64,000 nucleotides of DNA from Eledone cirrhosa (GCA_964016885.1 OZ024759.1:20274001-20338000), one strand, 5' to 3'; positions 46,612 to 62,450 are shown, counted from the first letter of the stretch. Notes: generated by a model from the letters alone, not told the origin. Numbers and translations are program-made.

Positions 46612-48654
46612 ACATATATGCACACATACACACACAAACACATAAATGTGTATACCTACACACACACACACATACATGTACAGACACACACACACACACA
46701 AATATACCTACATAGATGCGCACATACACATGCACACATCCCTCCACACATACACATACCCCCCCCCCCACACACACACACTCTGAACAATCTGCATATA
46801 CATATTTATCCACACATACACACAGACATAATCCCGCCACACACCCAAACATGCTCACACACACTCACACACACACAGAAATATACAGACATGTATCCAC
46901 ACATAAACCTACACACACACACACATCCACATACTGAAATATATAAACATATACCCACACATGCATGCATGCTGACATACACACACATATAGAACTACAT
47001 AGATGTGCACAAACACATGCACACACATATAGAGGCAAAACCCTTCCCTTTACACACACACACACACACACACACTCTCTCAGGCAAGCTCTCACCACCA
47101 CCACCACCACCACCACACATACAGTGAGGGAGAGATAGGGTGGAAGGAGGAGGAGGAGGATGACAGTGGAAGGTACAGCTGGACTGCTCCTTCTCCTCAG
47201 TCTAACTTCCATTGTTGTGAAACATCAAGACATACATACTTTCATATTCACATACATACACACACATTCACATACATACACACATACACATACATACACA
47301 TTCAAACACTCACACATTCACATACACACATACAAACACATACAGATACAATCACATTCACATGTTCACACACATACATACTTTCACATTCAAACACTCA
47401 CACATTCACATACTTACATACAAACACATGCAAACAGATACATACACATTCACATGTTCACACATTCACATACACACACACACATATACACATTCACATG
47501 TTCACACACATACAAACACACACTTTCACATTCATATTCACATACAAACACAAACATACACACATTTAGATATGCACTTATCCATAAACTAACGCACACA
47601 TATAGACATAGTAAAAACAAATGTTCACACACAAACATACACACAAACATGAACACTTACAGCCCACACACATTCACATATGTTTACACATTTACATACA
47701 CACACAACTACATACCTACACACACACAACCACATACCTACACACACACAACCACATACCTACACACAACCACATACCTACACACAACCACATACCTACA
47801 CACAACCACATACCTACACACAACCACATATCTACACACACAAGCACATACCTACACACAAACTACATACCTACATACACAACTACACACCTACACACAC
47901 ACAACTACATACCTACATACACAACCACATACTTACATACACATACAATCACATACCTATACACATTCACGCACACAACCACATACCTACACACACACAA
48001 CTACATGCCTACACACACACAGCCACATACCTACACACTACACAACTACATACCTACATACACACAATCACATACTTACACATACAATCACATACCTATG
48101 CACATATAATCACACACCCAATCACATAAGCCCACATTCACACACTCACACACAACCACATGCCTATGCACATTCACACTCACACACACATACCCAAACG
48201 CACACAACCACACACTCACACATAGCCACATCCCCTATCACACACCAATCAAACCCCTAGCACTCATCTCTGGCTCTATTCCCATCATGCCCTGCTATCA
48301 GAACCAACACCTGGGTATTTAGCACCCTAGACAAGCTCTACAATGTCTGCCCCCTTCTCACAGTTAAAAGCCTCCCCCCAACAGTTATCCCCTCCTCCAA
48401 CCCAACAGTTATAAGCCCCCCCCCCCTACAACAAAAAAAATGATTTCAAATTAATGTTTGGCAAGCTGACGAAACTAGTTTCTGAAGTGTCTTTCTCTGA
48501 GAAACATTACTAAGTCTGCATTTTCTACTACGCAGTCCACTCTCAGCCATAGCAAATCATATGACAATTCATAACATCATACAATCCTTTCCACCACTTT
48601 GAATATTTCCACAATGCTGTCACACAGCAAAGATGTTTAGTGATTTATATATTT

Positions 48655-49700
48655 ATATATGGTCATGAATCTTTGGTAATGACCAAAAGATGATGATCGT
48701 GAATACAATCGGCCAAAATGGGATTCCTCCAAAGAGTCTTTGGAATAACTTTACTTGATAAAGTGCATAAGAAATCCATCACTCCAGGTAGAGCTGCTAC
48801 TGCTCTGAATTGAGAGATCACAGCTTCGATACTATGGTCATGTGGTTAGAATGTCTCAGGAAAGAATCGCTGGTCAGATTTGTAGCTCAGAGATCAGAGA
48901 GTCACTCCAGGAAGAGCCACTACTTGTCAGAATTGAGAGACCACAGTTCTGATACTATGGTCATGTGGTTAGAATGTCTCAGGAAAGAATTGCTGGTCAG
49001 ATTTGTAGCTCAGAGATAAGAGAGTCACTCCAGGAAGAGCCACTACTTGTCAGAATTGAGAGATCACAGCTTCGATACTATGGTCATGTGGTTAGAATGT
49101 CTCAGGAAAGAATTGCTGGTCAGATTGGTAGCTCAGAGATCAGAGAGTCACTCCAGGTAGAGCCATTACTTATCAGAATTGAGAGATCACAGCTCTGATA
49201 CTATGGTCATGTGGTTAGAATGTCTCAGGAAAGAATTGCTGGTCAGATTGGTAGCTCAGAGATCAGAGAGTCACTCCAGGTAGAGCCACTACTTGTCAGA
49301 ATTGAGAGACCACAGCTCTGATACTATGGTCATGTGGTTAGAATGTCTCAGGAAAGAATCGCTGGTCAGATTTGTAGCTCAGAGATCAGAGAGTCACTCC
49401 AGGTAGAGCCACTACTTGTCAGAATTGAGAGACCACAGCTCTGATACTATGGTCATGTGGTTAGAATGTCTCAGGAAAGAATTGCTGAACAGATTTTACG
49501 GGCAAAACCAACAGGCAAGAGACCTAGGGGTTGACCCTGAACAAGATGGTTGGATAATATCCATGAGCTTGGCTGGTCATGCTTGGAGATCCAGCCGGAT
49601 CAGTTGGAGACGGTTGCTTCTGACAGGACCCACTGGAGGGAGTGTTTGAGGAATCTTCCCTCACGACCCTCTCAGGAGTAAGTGGGCGAAAAAGATATAT
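48655..49700 (+). mobile_element. RTE LINE 3' fragment with 123-bp in-frame hexaplication
   Basis: YGHESLVMT..MGFLQRVFG, then six units of SSEIRESLQ.EPLLVRIERSQLRYYGHVVRMSQERIAGQI, then GKRPRG..RWLDNI..DRTHWR. Confidence 0.9.
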
Positions 49701-49734
49701 TGATGACAGAAAATTCTATTATATTTGATTTAGT

Positions 49735-49945
49735 CTTTTAGCATTTACGTTACTCTATATTTACTATTGCATTTTCACGGTAAACACTTTAATTCACATA
49801 ATATTGAATCTATGAGATTTTGATAGTATTTATTTTGAGAGCAATACCTTAACATCAATATGAGTAGCTGGTTACAGCCGGTTTGAACAGAAAGAGGTGA
49901 CAGGATTCTGGCTGGATAAGACCAGTTTAAATGTTAATGGGTTAA
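49735..49945 (-). mobile_element. TTAA MITE copy
   Basis: Same family as 40042-40690, 59075-59247 and 63355-63764. Confidence 0.75.
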
Positions 49946-50319
49946 TAATCCAGAATTGTAAAAAAAAAAAAAACTGTGATCCTTTAAGTTTCAGTGCCCC
50001 AGATGTGCCTAGTTGGCCTTAATGGTTGCACAGGTCCCATCTGCAATTCATTGTTTAAAGTAGATGTGACTACTGTCATAAAATGAAGCCCTGCAATACA
50101 AATGATAAAGTGTAAACATACCTTTTGTTAACCTATCCACTTCAATTAGCTTATTCATATGAGTCAGCTGTAACATTCCTAGGCTGACCAAGATACACTA
50201 ATGGAATGATCAAATGAGGTTTATTTTTCAATATAGTCCCTGGAAAGAAACAATGCAGTTAAGAAGAGTTGAAATTAAGGCATGCCAAATTTCACAGCGT
50301 TAGCATCACTCTTTCCTAG

Positions 50320-50630
50320 TCAGTTAACCTTCATACATAGCCTTTAACATAAATAACCATTGTTGTGAGTTTTTAAATTATAGGCCCTGCAGTGGAAATT
50401 ATCAAGTGTAAACACTTTTTGTTAACCTGCTTCAGTAACCTTATACATACATACATTGCCTTTAACATAAATAGCAACTGTTGTAAGTTCTTTAAATTCC
50501 TGCAGTGGAAATCATCAAGTGTAAACACACTTTTTGTTAACCTGTCTGCTTCAGTTAGCTTACACATACATTGCCTTGGACATAAAGAGCGACTATTGTG
50601 ACTCCTTTCTATAGATGGAAATATTAAGGT
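50320..50630. repeat. Degenerate ~113-bp tandem repeat (~3 units)
   Basis: CCTGCAGTGGAAAT.ATCAAGTGTAAACAC..TTTTTGTTAACCTG repeated. Confidence 0.65.
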
Positions 50631-50749
50631 TCTCTTTTCATAAACAGACCATAACCTTTGAACCAAAATAAGGCAATCTCTATATAAGGAAACTGTGTGT
50701 GTGTGTGTGTGTGTGTGCGTATATATATATATACATGTCTATGTATATA

Positions 50750-50793
<44 letters not shown>

Positions 50794-50841
50794 CGTATAT
50801 ATATATGTGTGTATGTGTATGTATGTGTATATATATGTGTG

Positions 50842-50874
<33 letters not shown>

Positions 50875-50925
50875 CATCATCATCATCACCGTTTAACGTC
50901 TACCTTAAACGATGATGATGAACGG

Positions 50926-50967
<42 letters not shown>

Positions 50968-51281
50968 TTGAGTATACATGTGGGTATATATATGTGTGTA
51001 TATGTATTTATATATTGGAAAGTGGACGTAAAATGATGATATGCCTGATGCATGTAACACCATTCCTATATAGATATCCTACAAAACAATATAGACTGTT
51101 GTATTTCAGATATTAAGATAGTCTCTCTCTCCACCCCCTCTCTCTCTCCATCTCCCCCCCCCCCTCTCCATCTCTCTCTCTCCATCCATCCCTCTCTCTC
51201 TACCCTCTCTTTCTCTCTACACACACATGCACCGTCTATAAAATGCAACATGTTAGCGTATATCCACACAACCACAGTAAC

Positions 51282-51348
<67 letters not shown>

Positions 51349-51386
51349 AACACACACACACACACACAAACACACACAAACACACA

Positions 51387-51437
<51 letters not shown>

Positions 51438-51493
51438 CCTCTGAAACAAGAGCATATATAGATCATCATTTAATATCCGCTACCCCATGGCAT

Positions 51494-51559
<66 letters not shown>

Positions 51560-51668
51560 CACACGTATATATATATATATACACATACACACGTATATAT
51601 ATATATATACACATACACACGTATATATATATATATACACATACACACATATATATATATATATATAT

Positions 51669-51709
<41 letters not shown>

Positions 51710-51750
51710 TATATATATACACATATATATATATATATATATACACACAC

Positions 51751-51796
<46 letters not shown>

Positions 51797-52358
51797 CACA
51801 CACATACACACATATATATGCATATATATATATATATATACATAGATATATGTATATATACATACTTATATGTACACACACATACATACATACATACATA
51901 CATACACACACACACATATATATATATATATATCATCCTAAGTATATAAATATACAATATATGTCCCTCACACCTCGTCAGTTCTACCATAGAAGCTTGA
52001 GGTCCCTATCCTTTCAATATATTCCAGTGTAACCTTTGTTACCTTTACAGCTTCTATAAGGGGACTTGTGTTCAAAGTATGTATATCATTGTCTTCCCAG
52101 ATAGCCCTGGGAAGGTGTGGCTCTCTAGATAGATTAGTTTGTATAGTTTGTGTGGCCATGCATATATGCACTATGCACACATACACTCACGCATGCACGC
52201 CTGCACGCACGCACACACTCTTACATATATTCACATACATACACATATACGATGTATATGTGTTCATACAGTTTATACCATAATGTTTATATATATATAT
52301 ATATAGTTTAAGTATATATATATATATATATATAAACATTATGGTATATACTTATTCG

Positions 52359-52435
<77 letters not shown>

Positions 52436-52605
52436 ACACATATATAAAGACACACACACACACATACGCACATACATATATATACACACGCACATATATA
52501 TATACACACACACACATATATATATACACACACACATACATATATATATATATACACACACATACATATACATATATATACACACATACATACATATATA
52601 TATAT

Positions 52606-52638
<33 letters not shown>

Positions 52639-52778
52639 CACATATACACATATGTGTGTGTGTATATATATATATATATATGAGTGTATATATGCTTATG
52701 TGTATATATATATATATGTGTGTATATATATACATACATACATATATATATATGAGTGTGTATATATATACATACATA

Positions 52779-52812
<34 letters not shown>

Positions 52813-53229
52813 GACACCCATATATATATATATATATATATAAACACACACACAATCATATATCTGTGTATGTGTATTCAGTATATCCTTTTAAGATATC
52901 CATCCATACTTGAGAAGATATATCCGGTTATATATGGCAGAACATAAAAACGCTATTTTCATATCATCATAATAATTGTATGGGAGAATGTTTTAGTCCG
53001 ACACAGCTTTGTTATTCACCAAACTGAAGCAGTGCTGTTGAAAATAATTTCCGAATTTAGCCATCCTTAACTCTCATGGAGAAGAATGAAGTAGAGAGGG
53101 AGCGATGGGTGCTGAGAGAGAGAGAGACAGAGAGAGATAGGAAGTGAGAGATAGATAGGTTAGTGAGAGAGAGGGAGAGTAGAAAAGTGGTAGGTAGAGA
53201 AAGGGGATGGATAGCTAGCTGGAAGTAGG

Positions 53230-53260
<31 letters not shown>

Positions 53261-53354
53261 GTGTGAATAAATGTGTGTAATATATATGTGTGTCTATATC
53301 TGTGTGTATTATGTGTGTGTGTGGGTGTGTGTGTATTGTGTATATATGTGTGTG

Positions 53355-53427
<73 letters not shown>

Positions 53428-53439
53428 CATATATATACA

Positions 53440-53509
<70 letters not shown>

Positions 53510-53598
53510 CATATATATATATACATATATATATATACATACATATATATATATATACATACATATATATATATACATACATATATATATATACATAC

Positions 53599-53659
<61 letters not shown>

Positions 53660-53732
53660 CATATATACATACATACATACATATATATACATACATACAT
53701 ACATATATATACATACATACATATATATACAC

Positions 53733-53781
<49 letters not shown>

Positions 53782-54125
53782 CATACATGAATATATAGGG
53801 AAATGGAGTTGGAGATTTAGAGAAAGTGAGGAGGGGGGAAAACAAGGGAAACGAGTGATTAAAAAAAATAGAGAAAAAAAGAGACGGGGTGGGGTGGTGG
53901 GGGTGGGGGAAGAGAGAAACTTCAAAAAGAGATGAAGAGCACTAATTCGTTAAGATTGTCAGAAAAACTACAACAAAACGAATGAATAACAAATACAGAT
54001 TTTGAATAGGTGTTGCATATATATTGAGTGCTGGGTGTGTTACCTTAGAAATCAACTTACTAAATAAGGTGCAGATGTGTGTGTGTGTATGTATATATAT
54101 ATATATATAAGGGTGTGTATGTATA

Positions 54126-54181
<56 letters not shown>

Positions 54182-54575
54182 AGTGTGTATGTATAAGGGG
54201 GTGTGTATGTATATATATCTGTGTATATATATATAAGGGTGTGTGTGTGTATGTATATATATATATATAAGGGTATGTATATCTGTATGTATGTATGTAT
54301 ATATATATATATATATAAGGCTGTGTATGTATATCTGTGTATATGTATATATATATGAGTGTGTATGTATAAGGGAGTGTGTATGTATATATATATAGGG
54401 TGTGTAGATATATCTGTGTATATATATATATAAGGGTGTGTGTGTGTATGTATATATATATATATATATATAAGGCTGTGTATGTATATCTGTGTATATG
54501 TATATATATATATATAAGGGTGTGTATGTATAAGGGTGTGTGTATGTATATATTTATAGGGTGTGTATATATATA

Positions 54576-54616
<41 letters not shown>

Positions 54617-54663
54617 GTGTGTGTGTGTATGTATATATATATAAGGGTGTGTATGTATATCTG

Positions 54664-54702
<39 letters not shown>

Positions 54703-55235
54703 GTGTGTATGTATATCTGTGTATATGTATATATATATATAAGGGTGTGTATGTATAAGGGTATGTGTATGTATAAAAATATAGGGTGTGTATATATATA
54801 TCTGTGTATATGTATATATAAGGGTGTGTGTATGTATATATATAAGGGTGTATATGTATATTTGTGTGTGTGTGTGGGGGGGGGGGGGGTATGTGTATAT
54901 GGCTTTATGTATGTGTTTGTGTCTATGGGTGTATGTGCATAAGGGTGTATGTATATGTGGGTATGTGCTTGTATATATGTGTATATGTGTGTGTGTATGG
55001 CTGTATGTGTATAAGTGTGAATGTATATGTGCATGTATGTATATGTGTATGTATGTATGTATGTATGTATGTATTATGTATGTCCCCTCTACCAAAAAGC
55101 ATGGTTTGGTTGTTTTGTTCTCAGCAATAAAGGAATTGGCTTGTAATTAGATTGGATGTTACACTTGTAGCAACACAACACAACAGCGGCGGCAGCAGGG
55201 TCTTGGAGGAATGGTAGCTGTTATGTTATCACAAT

Positions 55236-55925
55236 AACAACACTACTGTCACAACAACACTACTGTCACAACAACACTACTGTCACAACAACACTACTGT
55301 CACAACAACACTACTGTCACAACAACACTACTGTCACAACACTACTGTCACAACACTACTGTCACAACATTACTGTCACAACACTACTGTCACAACACTA
55401 CTGTCACAACACTACTGTCACAACACTACTGTAACATTACTGTAACAACAACACTACTGCCACAACACTGTAACAACAACACTACTGCCACAACACTACT
55501 GTAACAAAACTACTGTAACAAAACTACTGTAACAAAACTACTGTAACAAAACTACTGTAACAAAACTACTGTAACAACACTACTGTAACAACACTACTGT
55601 AACAACACTACTGTAACAACACTACTGTAACAACACTACTGTAACAACACTACTGTAACAACACTACTGTAACAACACTACTGTAACAACACTACTGTAA
55701 CAACACTACTGTAACAACACTACTGTAACAACACTACTGTAACAACACTACTGTAACAACACTACTGTAACAACACTACTGTAACAACACTACTGTAACA
55801 ACATTACTATCACAACAACAACACTACTATCACAACAACAACACTACTGTAACAACACTACTATCTCAACAACAACACTACTATCACAACAACACTACTA
55901 TCACAACCACACTACTATCACAACA
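55236..55925. repeat. 14/17-bp minisatellite (ACAACACTACTGTA)n
   Basis: Direct inspection. Confidence 0.95.
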
Positions 55926-56785
55926 ACATTGCTATCACAACAACTAGAACAAACACTATTGACACAACAATAAGTATACCAACAAAACAATAAGTATATA
56001 AAAAAACAACACAATGAAAACAGTAACAACACACAGCAACACAAGAGCAACACCACCACAACCACCACCACCAGCAACACCACCACCACCACAACCACCA
56101 CCAGCAACAGTAACAACTGCAACAACAATAACAAGAAAAACAGTAACAACAGCAACAATAAAAATAGTAACAACCAAAACAACAACAACAGTAGCATCAT
56201 GGACAACAACAGTAGGAACAATAACAGCAACAACAAAAACAACAGTTAGAATAGTAACAACAACAACAACAGTAAGAGCAATAACAGCAACAACAAAAAC
56301 AAGTTAGAACAGCAATAACAACATTAGCAGTAGGAATAATAAAAATAATAGCAACAACAACAGTAACATCAGTGACAACAACAACAGTAACAACAACAAC
56401 AACAACAGTAAGAACAATAAGTTACAACAGTAAGAACAGAATGGTTAACAAAACACGACTGACAAAAGATGTCCCCCATTCATAAAAAAACACAGTGGCC
56501 ATTTTGAGTTAGTAACTCAGTTTGTTGATCTTCTTTGTTGATGTTGCTACTTTTGTTGTTGTTGTTGTTACTGTTGTGGTTGTTGTTGCTACTGTTGTGG
56601 TTGTTGTTGCTGCTGTTGTTGTGGTAGTGGTTGTTGTTGCTACTGTTGTGGTTGTTACTGCTGTTGTTGTTGTTGTGTTGTTGTGTTGTGGTTGTTACTG
56701 TTGTTGTTGCTACCGTGGTTGTTGTACACTACAATAACTAGCTCTATAAGCTTATATATATATATATATATATATAAATATATGT

Positions 56786-56827
<42 letters not shown>

Positions 56828-56934
56828 AGAAGGTCCCTACAGAATGCTCTTGAAGAGAGCTAGAAAATAAATTCTGATTATGGAGACTAAATTTGGAATC
56901 AAATGGCCTGAGAGTAAACTTAGCCAAAACTAAA

Positions 56935-57310
56935 GTGCTAGTGAGTAGCAGAGAAAACATGTTCCGTTGGATGTGCAATGGTAAATGTAAGAGAAAGGCA
57001 AATCTTGGACAAGCTTAGACAGAAGCTTGGCTTAAGGGGAATCAGAAATGGTGTGCAGGACGGATGACTGCATTGGTATGACGAATGTAATGCGCATTGG
57101 ACAATGACCAATGGGTGAAGAAATGCCAGCAAATCCCAGTGGAAGGAAGCCGCAATAGAGGGCGATCAAGGAAGACCTGGGCAGAGGTTGTGAAGGTGGA
57201 CCTCAAATTGCTAAGACTGGCAGAGTAGTTGATGAAAGAACGCGACAAGTAGAGATGCCGTGCTGAGAAGGACTTGTCCAACCATGGAAAAGCAGACGTA
57301 GAAATGATGA
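56935..57310 (+). mobile_element. Decayed RTE 3' end
   Basis: Homologous to 27800-28190 (RWMC, W.KKCQ.IPVEG.R.RGR.RKTW). Confidence 0.75.
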
Positions 57311-57314
57311 TACA

Positions 57315-57350
<36 letters not shown>

Positions 57351-57361
57351 GTCTATTGTGA

Positions 57362-57480
57362 AGGTGCATGGCTGAGTGGTTAGAGAATTGGGTTCACAAT
57401 CGTGAGGTTGTGAGTTCAATTCCTAAACCGGGCAATGCGTTGTGTCCTTGGGCAAGACACTTCATTTTACGTTGCTCCTT
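57362..57480 (+). mobile_element. Family-3 SINE head
   Basis: TGGCTGAGTGG, GAGTTCAATTCC, TGTCCTTGGGCAAGACAC. Confidence 0.8.
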
Positions 57481-58142
57481 CTACTTGGCGTTGCAACCGA
57501 TAGATAGTATTAGCAATTGTAAAGATCAATGGGAACATTGTTTCCCTGTTTCCTCGGTTCGATTCGATGAAAGTTGATCAACTGTCGATAGTCCAACCCT
57601 TGTTAACAGGTAAATACGGCCATTAAATGATGATGGTAATATATTTAGACACAGCCGCTCAAACATATTTTTACAATAAGTTACTTGATCTGAGGACAGT
57701 CAGTCAGTGTTGAAACGAAAATAATTACTTCACGGACAAGTCATTTCAGCCTTTCAAAATAACAAGAAAAGAAAAAAGAAAGAAGAAAAGCTGTTAAATT
57801 TATTTTACATTTCTCATCTATTTCTTGGTGTCAAAATTTACCTTGCACTATTTGTGATCTGGTCACTGACATAGTTCCACTGACTCTGAGGAATAAATAA
57901 TAAATGTAGAGTGAATTTAGCTGGGTTTTGTTAGTTTTTATTTTGTAAATTTTTTTCTTTATTGAATGGCTAAAGTGACTCTTCCACAACATAATTGCTT
58001 TATAAGCATACGTTCATATATATGCATATATAGATACATACACACACATATATATATATGTGTGTGTGTACACACATTCTTATATATATATATACATATA
58101 TATATACATATATATGTACATATATATATACATATATATACT

Positions 58143-58176
<34 letters not shown>

Positions 58177-58339
58177 GTATATAATATATGTATAGCAGTG
58201 TAATATTTATGAGATGATTCCAATTCTCAGTTAAAGAAAGAAGACATTGGCAATTGTTTATTATTGAGAGACAGGAAGAAGAAGAAAAGATGCAGAATTC
58301 TCTTATTTACTGGACTGGAATCATATAATGGGACAGTAA

Positions 58340-59070
58340 TGGTGGTGGTGGTGGTGTTAGTGTTGTGGTAGTGGTTGCGGTGGTGTGGTGGTGTTGCGGT
58401 GGTGGTGTTGCGGTGGTTGTATTGGCAATAGTAATGTTGGTGGAGGTTGCTGTGGTGGTGGTGATGTTATGGTGGGCGGTTGTGGTGGTGGTGGTGGTGA
58501 TGGTTTTGTGGTGATGGTGGTGGTGTTGTGGTGGTGGTGTTGTGGTGGTGGTGTTGTGGTGATGGTGGTGGCGTTGTGGTGGTGGTGGTGGTCGTGTTGC
58601 GGTGGTGGTGTGGTTGTGTAGCTGGTGGTATTGGCAATAGTAATGTTGGTGGAGGTTGCTGTGGTGGTGGTGGTTGTGTGGTGGTGGTGATGTTATGGTG
58701 GGCGGTGGTGGTGTTAGTGTTGTGGTGATGGTGGTGGTGATGCGGTGGTGGTGTTGTGTTGCTGGTGGTATTGGCAATAGTAATGTTGGTGGAGGTTGCT
58801 GTGGTGGTGGTGATGTTATGGTGGGCGGTAGTGGTGATGGTGGTGGTGTTGTGGTGGTGTTGCAGTGGTGTGGTGTATTGGTGGTGTTAGTGGTGGTGTG
58901 ATTGTGGTGCTAGTGGTGTTTGTGTTGGTAGTGTTGGTAATGTCGGTGCTGGTGTTGGCAATGGTCGTGTTAGTGGTGGTGTTGGCAATGGTAGTGTCAG
59001 TGTTGGCAATAGTAGTATTGGTGGTGTTGGCAATGGTAATGTTAGTGGTGGTAGTTTTGGCAATAGTATT
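58340..59070. repeat. (GGT)n-rich low-complexity repeat with ~150-190 bp triplication
   Basis: GTATTGGCAATAGTAATGTTGGTGGAGGTTGCTGTGG occurs three times. Confidence 0.88.
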
Positions 59071-60229
59071 GCTGGCTTTACCTCACATAATTATCTCACA
59101 TAATATCGAATCAATGAGATTGTGATAATATTTATTTTGAGAACAATATCTTAACATAAGTATGAGCAGCTGGTTACAGACGGTTTGAACAGAAAGATGT
59201 GAAAGAATTCTGGCCGGATACAACCAGTTTAAATGCTAAATGGTTAAGCTGGTGTTTGGAACATTACTTAGAATTTACTAACATAAAATTATGATGGCAA
59301 GTTTTTAGATAAATATAAACACTAAAAACCTTTTCTTACCATAATTCTGATCATCATCATCATCATCATCACCGTTTTACGTCCGTTCTTCCACGCTAGC
59401 ATGGGTTAGACAGGTTATCCTGTTGTTGGCAGTGTCTGGTCGGCTGACCATGCCTTGCTCATACAAGAACTGATTTGGCTTGATTTCTACAGCTGGATGC
59501 CCTTCCTAACACCAACCTCATTTACAGTGAGTGCTGGGTGCTTTTTCGTGGCGCCTACACGTCCACTTTACAGTGTGGGCTGGGTGCTTTTTTGCCGTGG
59601 CACCTCCACGACCACTTTGCAGTGGGGGGGGGGGGGGGGCATATTGTCTATATGCTTCAGCTTGTACCCATGGGAGGTCAGGTACTCTGATATATTCAAG
59701 AATGTAAACTGGTTTAGTCATATAACTTTCTCATTATTAAATAGTGTTAGGAGCATAAAGGTTTGACGTAAATTATGATGGATGGTTTTTGGAAAAATAT
59801 AAACACTTTAATCATTTCCTTAACATATTTCTAATAAAAATACTAAAAAATGTTAAATGATTTAGTAATATAACTAACTTTCTCATTATTTAGCTGGTGC
59901 TTGGAACATCACTTAACCAATTTGCTTATATAAAATTAAGATCATATTTCTAATGAAAGACATTGCTTCAAGCTGAACTTAAATGTTCTTACATAAAATT
60001 ATGATGTAAGATTTTTAGATAAATTTAAACGTTTTAGCACTTTCTTTATCATATTTCTAATGAAAGTCACTGTCTCTGATTTTCAAATCACTTTGAAAAT
60101 AATCATAAATTTGGAGTTATTTTAGTAATACAATTAATCTTTCCATTATTGAGCTGGTGTATGGAACATAACTTAAGGAAGGTTCTGATAAAAATTATCA
60201 GGGAAGGTAGTTAATTAATACCTAGTTGA

Positions 60230-60808
60230 TCAGATTAACATGGAAGGGGGGTGTTCCGAGGCCATAGTATCTAGAATGGCAGGTTGGAAGAAGTTCAGGG
60301 AGCTGCTTCCTTTGTTGACAAAGAAGGGTTTCTCTCTGCGTACGAATCAACGGTTATATGATACCTGTGTGAGATGCACTATGCTGAATGGTAGCGAGAC
60401 ATGAGCAGCAACTCTGGAGATATGTGACGGCTGAAGAGAAATGAAGCAAGTATGCTCTGTTGGATGTGCAATGTCAATGTGCGTGAACGACCAAGCATAG
60501 ATGAGTTGAGAAAGAAACTGGCTATAAGAGAAGGCTGGAGAGAAGGCTGAGATGGTATGGACATGTGATGCACATGGAGGATGACCGCTGGGTAAAGAAA
60601 TGCCAAGAAATCCTGGTAGAAGGAAGACGCAGTAGAGGTAGACCACAACAAACATGGGCGGAGGTGGTTAGAGCAGACGTCAGATCACTTAATCTCACCA
60701 AGGAGATGACGAAGGGCCGTGACAAGTGGAGAGATACTGTGCGGAATAGAACCCATCCCACTCTTGCAAGCAGGGAAAAGCGGACGTAAAATGATGATGA
60801 TGATGATA
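60230..60808 (+). mobile_element. RTE LINE 3' fragment
   Basis: W.KFRELLPLL, LYDTCVR..MLNGSET, WYGHVM.MEDDRWVKKCQ; (GAT)n tail. Confidence 0.88.
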
Positions 60809-60901
60809 TTTGGGGTTTATATATATATGATATATTTGGGGTTTATATATATATATATATGATATATTTGGGGTTTATATATATATATATATGATATATT
60901 T

Positions 60902-60932
<31 letters not shown>

Positions 60933-61013
60933 GATATATTTGGGGTTTATTTATATATATATATATATATATGATATATTTGGGGTTTATATATATATAT
61001 ATATGATATATTT

Positions 61014-61046
<33 letters not shown>

Positions 61047-61127
61047 GATATATTTGGGGTTTATTTATATATATATATATATATATGATATATTTGGGGT
61101 TTATTTATATATATATATGATATATTT

Positions 61128-61158
<31 letters not shown>

Positions 61159-61169
61159 GATATATTTGA

Positions 61170-61217
<48 letters not shown>

Positions 61218-61245
61218 ATATTTGGGGTTTATTTATATATATATA
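60805..61245. repeat. Compound repeat GATATATTTGGGGTTT + variable (AT)n, ~13 units
   Basis: Direct inspection; begins at the RTE tail. Confidence 0.9.
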
Positions 61246-61587
61246 TGAGAGAGAGAGCAAGGAATGGCGTGGCCAGCTGGCCAGACTAATCTCATGATGT
61301 GGGCGACCCTTCTAACTTGTGCAAGCATGGAAAAATGGACATTAAATGATGATGATGATGATGATGTATGTGTATCTATATAAATCCCTCTTCTCTCTCT
61401 CATAATATATATATATGGTTTATTTAATGCATATATAAAGTAATATCACACACTCTCATTTAATGGATTTGGTGAAGCATTCATATTGAAGATGTTACTG
61501 ATTCTAGCTTTTGAGCTGCATTGATAAACAGGCTCATTACTATGTATGTATGTATACACACACACTCACACACACAGATATATATAC

Positions 61588-61633
<46 letters not shown>

Positions 61634-61753
61634 ACGAATATATATATATACACATACATATATTTATATATGTATGTACGAATATATATACATATATATA
61701 TATATATATTTATATATGCGTGTTCGAATATATATTTATGTATGTATGTACGA

Positions 61754-61799
<46 letters not shown>

Positions 61800-61835
61800 G
61801 CGTGTTCGAATATATATTTATGTATGTATGTACGA

Positions 61836-61891
<56 letters not shown>

Positions 61892-61899
61892 GTGTGTTC

Positions 61900-61948
<49 letters not shown>

Positions 61949-62047
61949 TTTATTTATATATACATTTATTTATATATGTGTGTACGAATATATATATAGA
62001 TATATATAGATTTATTTATATATACATTTATTTATATATGTGTGTAC

Positions 62048-62080
<33 letters not shown>

Positions 62081-62119
62081 TTTATTTATATATACATTTA
62101 TTTATATATGTGTGTACGA

Positions 62120-62157
<38 letters not shown>

Positions 62158-62159
62158 AC

Positions 62160-62219
<60 letters not shown>

Positions 62220-62450
62220 ATGTTATCTCAGAATAGTTAATGCATAATGCAGGGCTCTAATAACTGTGATATCATTGTGAAACAGATGCAATAAAACTCC
62301 ATATGAAATACATGAGGGTGCAGGGATATTAATAATAACCAAAATATCAGTTATACATGGAAGTCATGTATTCCATATAGATTCATACTTTTGTCTGGAG
62401 AAATTAGCCAAAACCTTGAGAATGGTAGACAGAAACTCTATGAAAGCCTG

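Noticed and set aside
55901-56737. Poly-Leu/Val/Thr ORFs
   Set aside because: (CAA)n/(GTT)n trinucleotide repeats.
60805-61245. TTTGGGG repeats as telomere or CRISPR-like repeat-spacer array
   Set aside because: Not contiguous telomeric repeat (molluscs use TTAGGG), and the spacers are only variable-length (AT)n.
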